A stretch of 64,000 nucleotides of DNA from Phoronis australis (taxonomy: Eukaryota; Animalia; Phoronida). How positions within the stretch are numbered: the stretch's first letter is position 1; every line of letters begins with the position of its first letter. The stretch lies in assembly GCA_002633005.1 (NCBI GenBank), contig NMRA01000081.1, positions 3,625 to 67,624 of the forward strand, in the 5' to 3' direction. Positions 62,946 through 64,000 of the stretch are shown in pieces. The notes beneath the pieces were generated by a model. It did no database searches and was not told the origin of the DNA. It saw nothing but the letters and a program-made list of their open reading frames with translations. Both the position numbers and the translations under genes were made by a program.

Positions 62946-64000
62946 CTGAAGTTGGAGAAACAGGGCTCAGTGCAAGAAATAGCACTCATTGTATTAAAAG
63001 TTACAAATAAAACAACCAGGCATCATTAAATAAAAACATTCCTCAGACAAATACATAACTGCTATTTCAGTATTGGTTACCCAATTTATTATTTAATCAG
63101 TCAATGATGATTTTCATATCACAATACACTGATCGATCTTACTCTTGTTTTGAGGTATGAAAAGTTATATATCCTGATAGCATGCAATCTCTATTTCTAA
63201 AAATTATCCTTTTTCGGATGACACTGCCATGACAAAATGGAAACTTAAGTTTCAGATTAATGCTGCACTAAAAGCGACTCAGGTGTTATATCATTATTCA
63301 GTACATGTTATAGACACTGACTTTGGCACATTAGCAGTTCATGTAGTTTAATGAATTTCTTTAGAAACATTCTCCATTATTTTTATAGGTAATAAATAGA
63401 TAGAAATTTAACAACAAGTTGAAGTCGTTCATATAATAACTTTATAGTTCAATTCCAAAAACAGTTTCTACAGTGCCAACAAAACTTTCCCAACAAAAAT
63501 GCTCATCTCTATAGCAGGAAAAATCTTTAACATTTTCAAAAGTACACACCATGACAACCGTACCATAAACATACAGACCACAATACAGGAAAAACTAGAC
63601 AGCATTAAAACTGACCATAACATTTGCTGAGCCAAGTCCCGAACAAATAGATAGGATCAAGGTATATCCAAGAACAACAGACAAATTTATGCAAACGAGT
63701 ACATGGCATGCATGAATAGTTTGACAGCAGAGCCTCCTGTAGGCAGAATTCACTGATTACACGACAGTGTTGTTGGTTGGTAGCTTCCATACACAGTGTT
63801 CCAAATTCTGCGAACTTTTGCCGATCTTCCAATATATTGTTGGTATGTCTCTTGGTGACCAGCTGTGTATATTTGTTCTCTGGGAGATCGATGAATATAC
63901 CAAAACTTTAAAAGCGTATGTATGAAATATGCCCCCCGTCAAGACTGTCGCATATATAACGAACTTTGCATACACGTGCACACGACCAAAAGAGAAGAAC

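Overview
AT-rich, intron-rich eukaryotic DNA from a draft animal assembly, probably a marine invertebrate (inferred from gene content; species not determinable). Four protein-coding genes could be reconstructed by hand with phase-consistent GT-AG splice sites. (1) A complete fatty acyl-CoA reductase (FAR1-like, minus strand, CDS 16597->7411, 518 aa). (2) A mosaic type-I membrane receptor (minus, ~41.4->24.5 kb) with the order basic domain-SRCR-SRCR-WSC-kringle-kringle-EGFx3-Pro stalk-TM-acidic tail. (3) An intronless 817-aa ORF (plus, 44687-47140) combining an IFIT/TTC22-like TPR solenoid with a C-terminal TIR-like domain. It is preceded by a perfect kappaB site, a STAT/GAS site and a CRE, and lies head-to-head with gene 2. 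(4) The 3' part of a kinesin-9 (KIF6-like) gene with a C-terminal IQ motif (minus, >62945->48766). The rest is MITEs, a tRNA-derived SINE, tandem repeats and duplications flanking single-N assembly joins. The most interesting candidate is the IFIT-like TPR-TIR putative sensor-effector and its immune-type promoter. All calls are by eye; no database searches were run.
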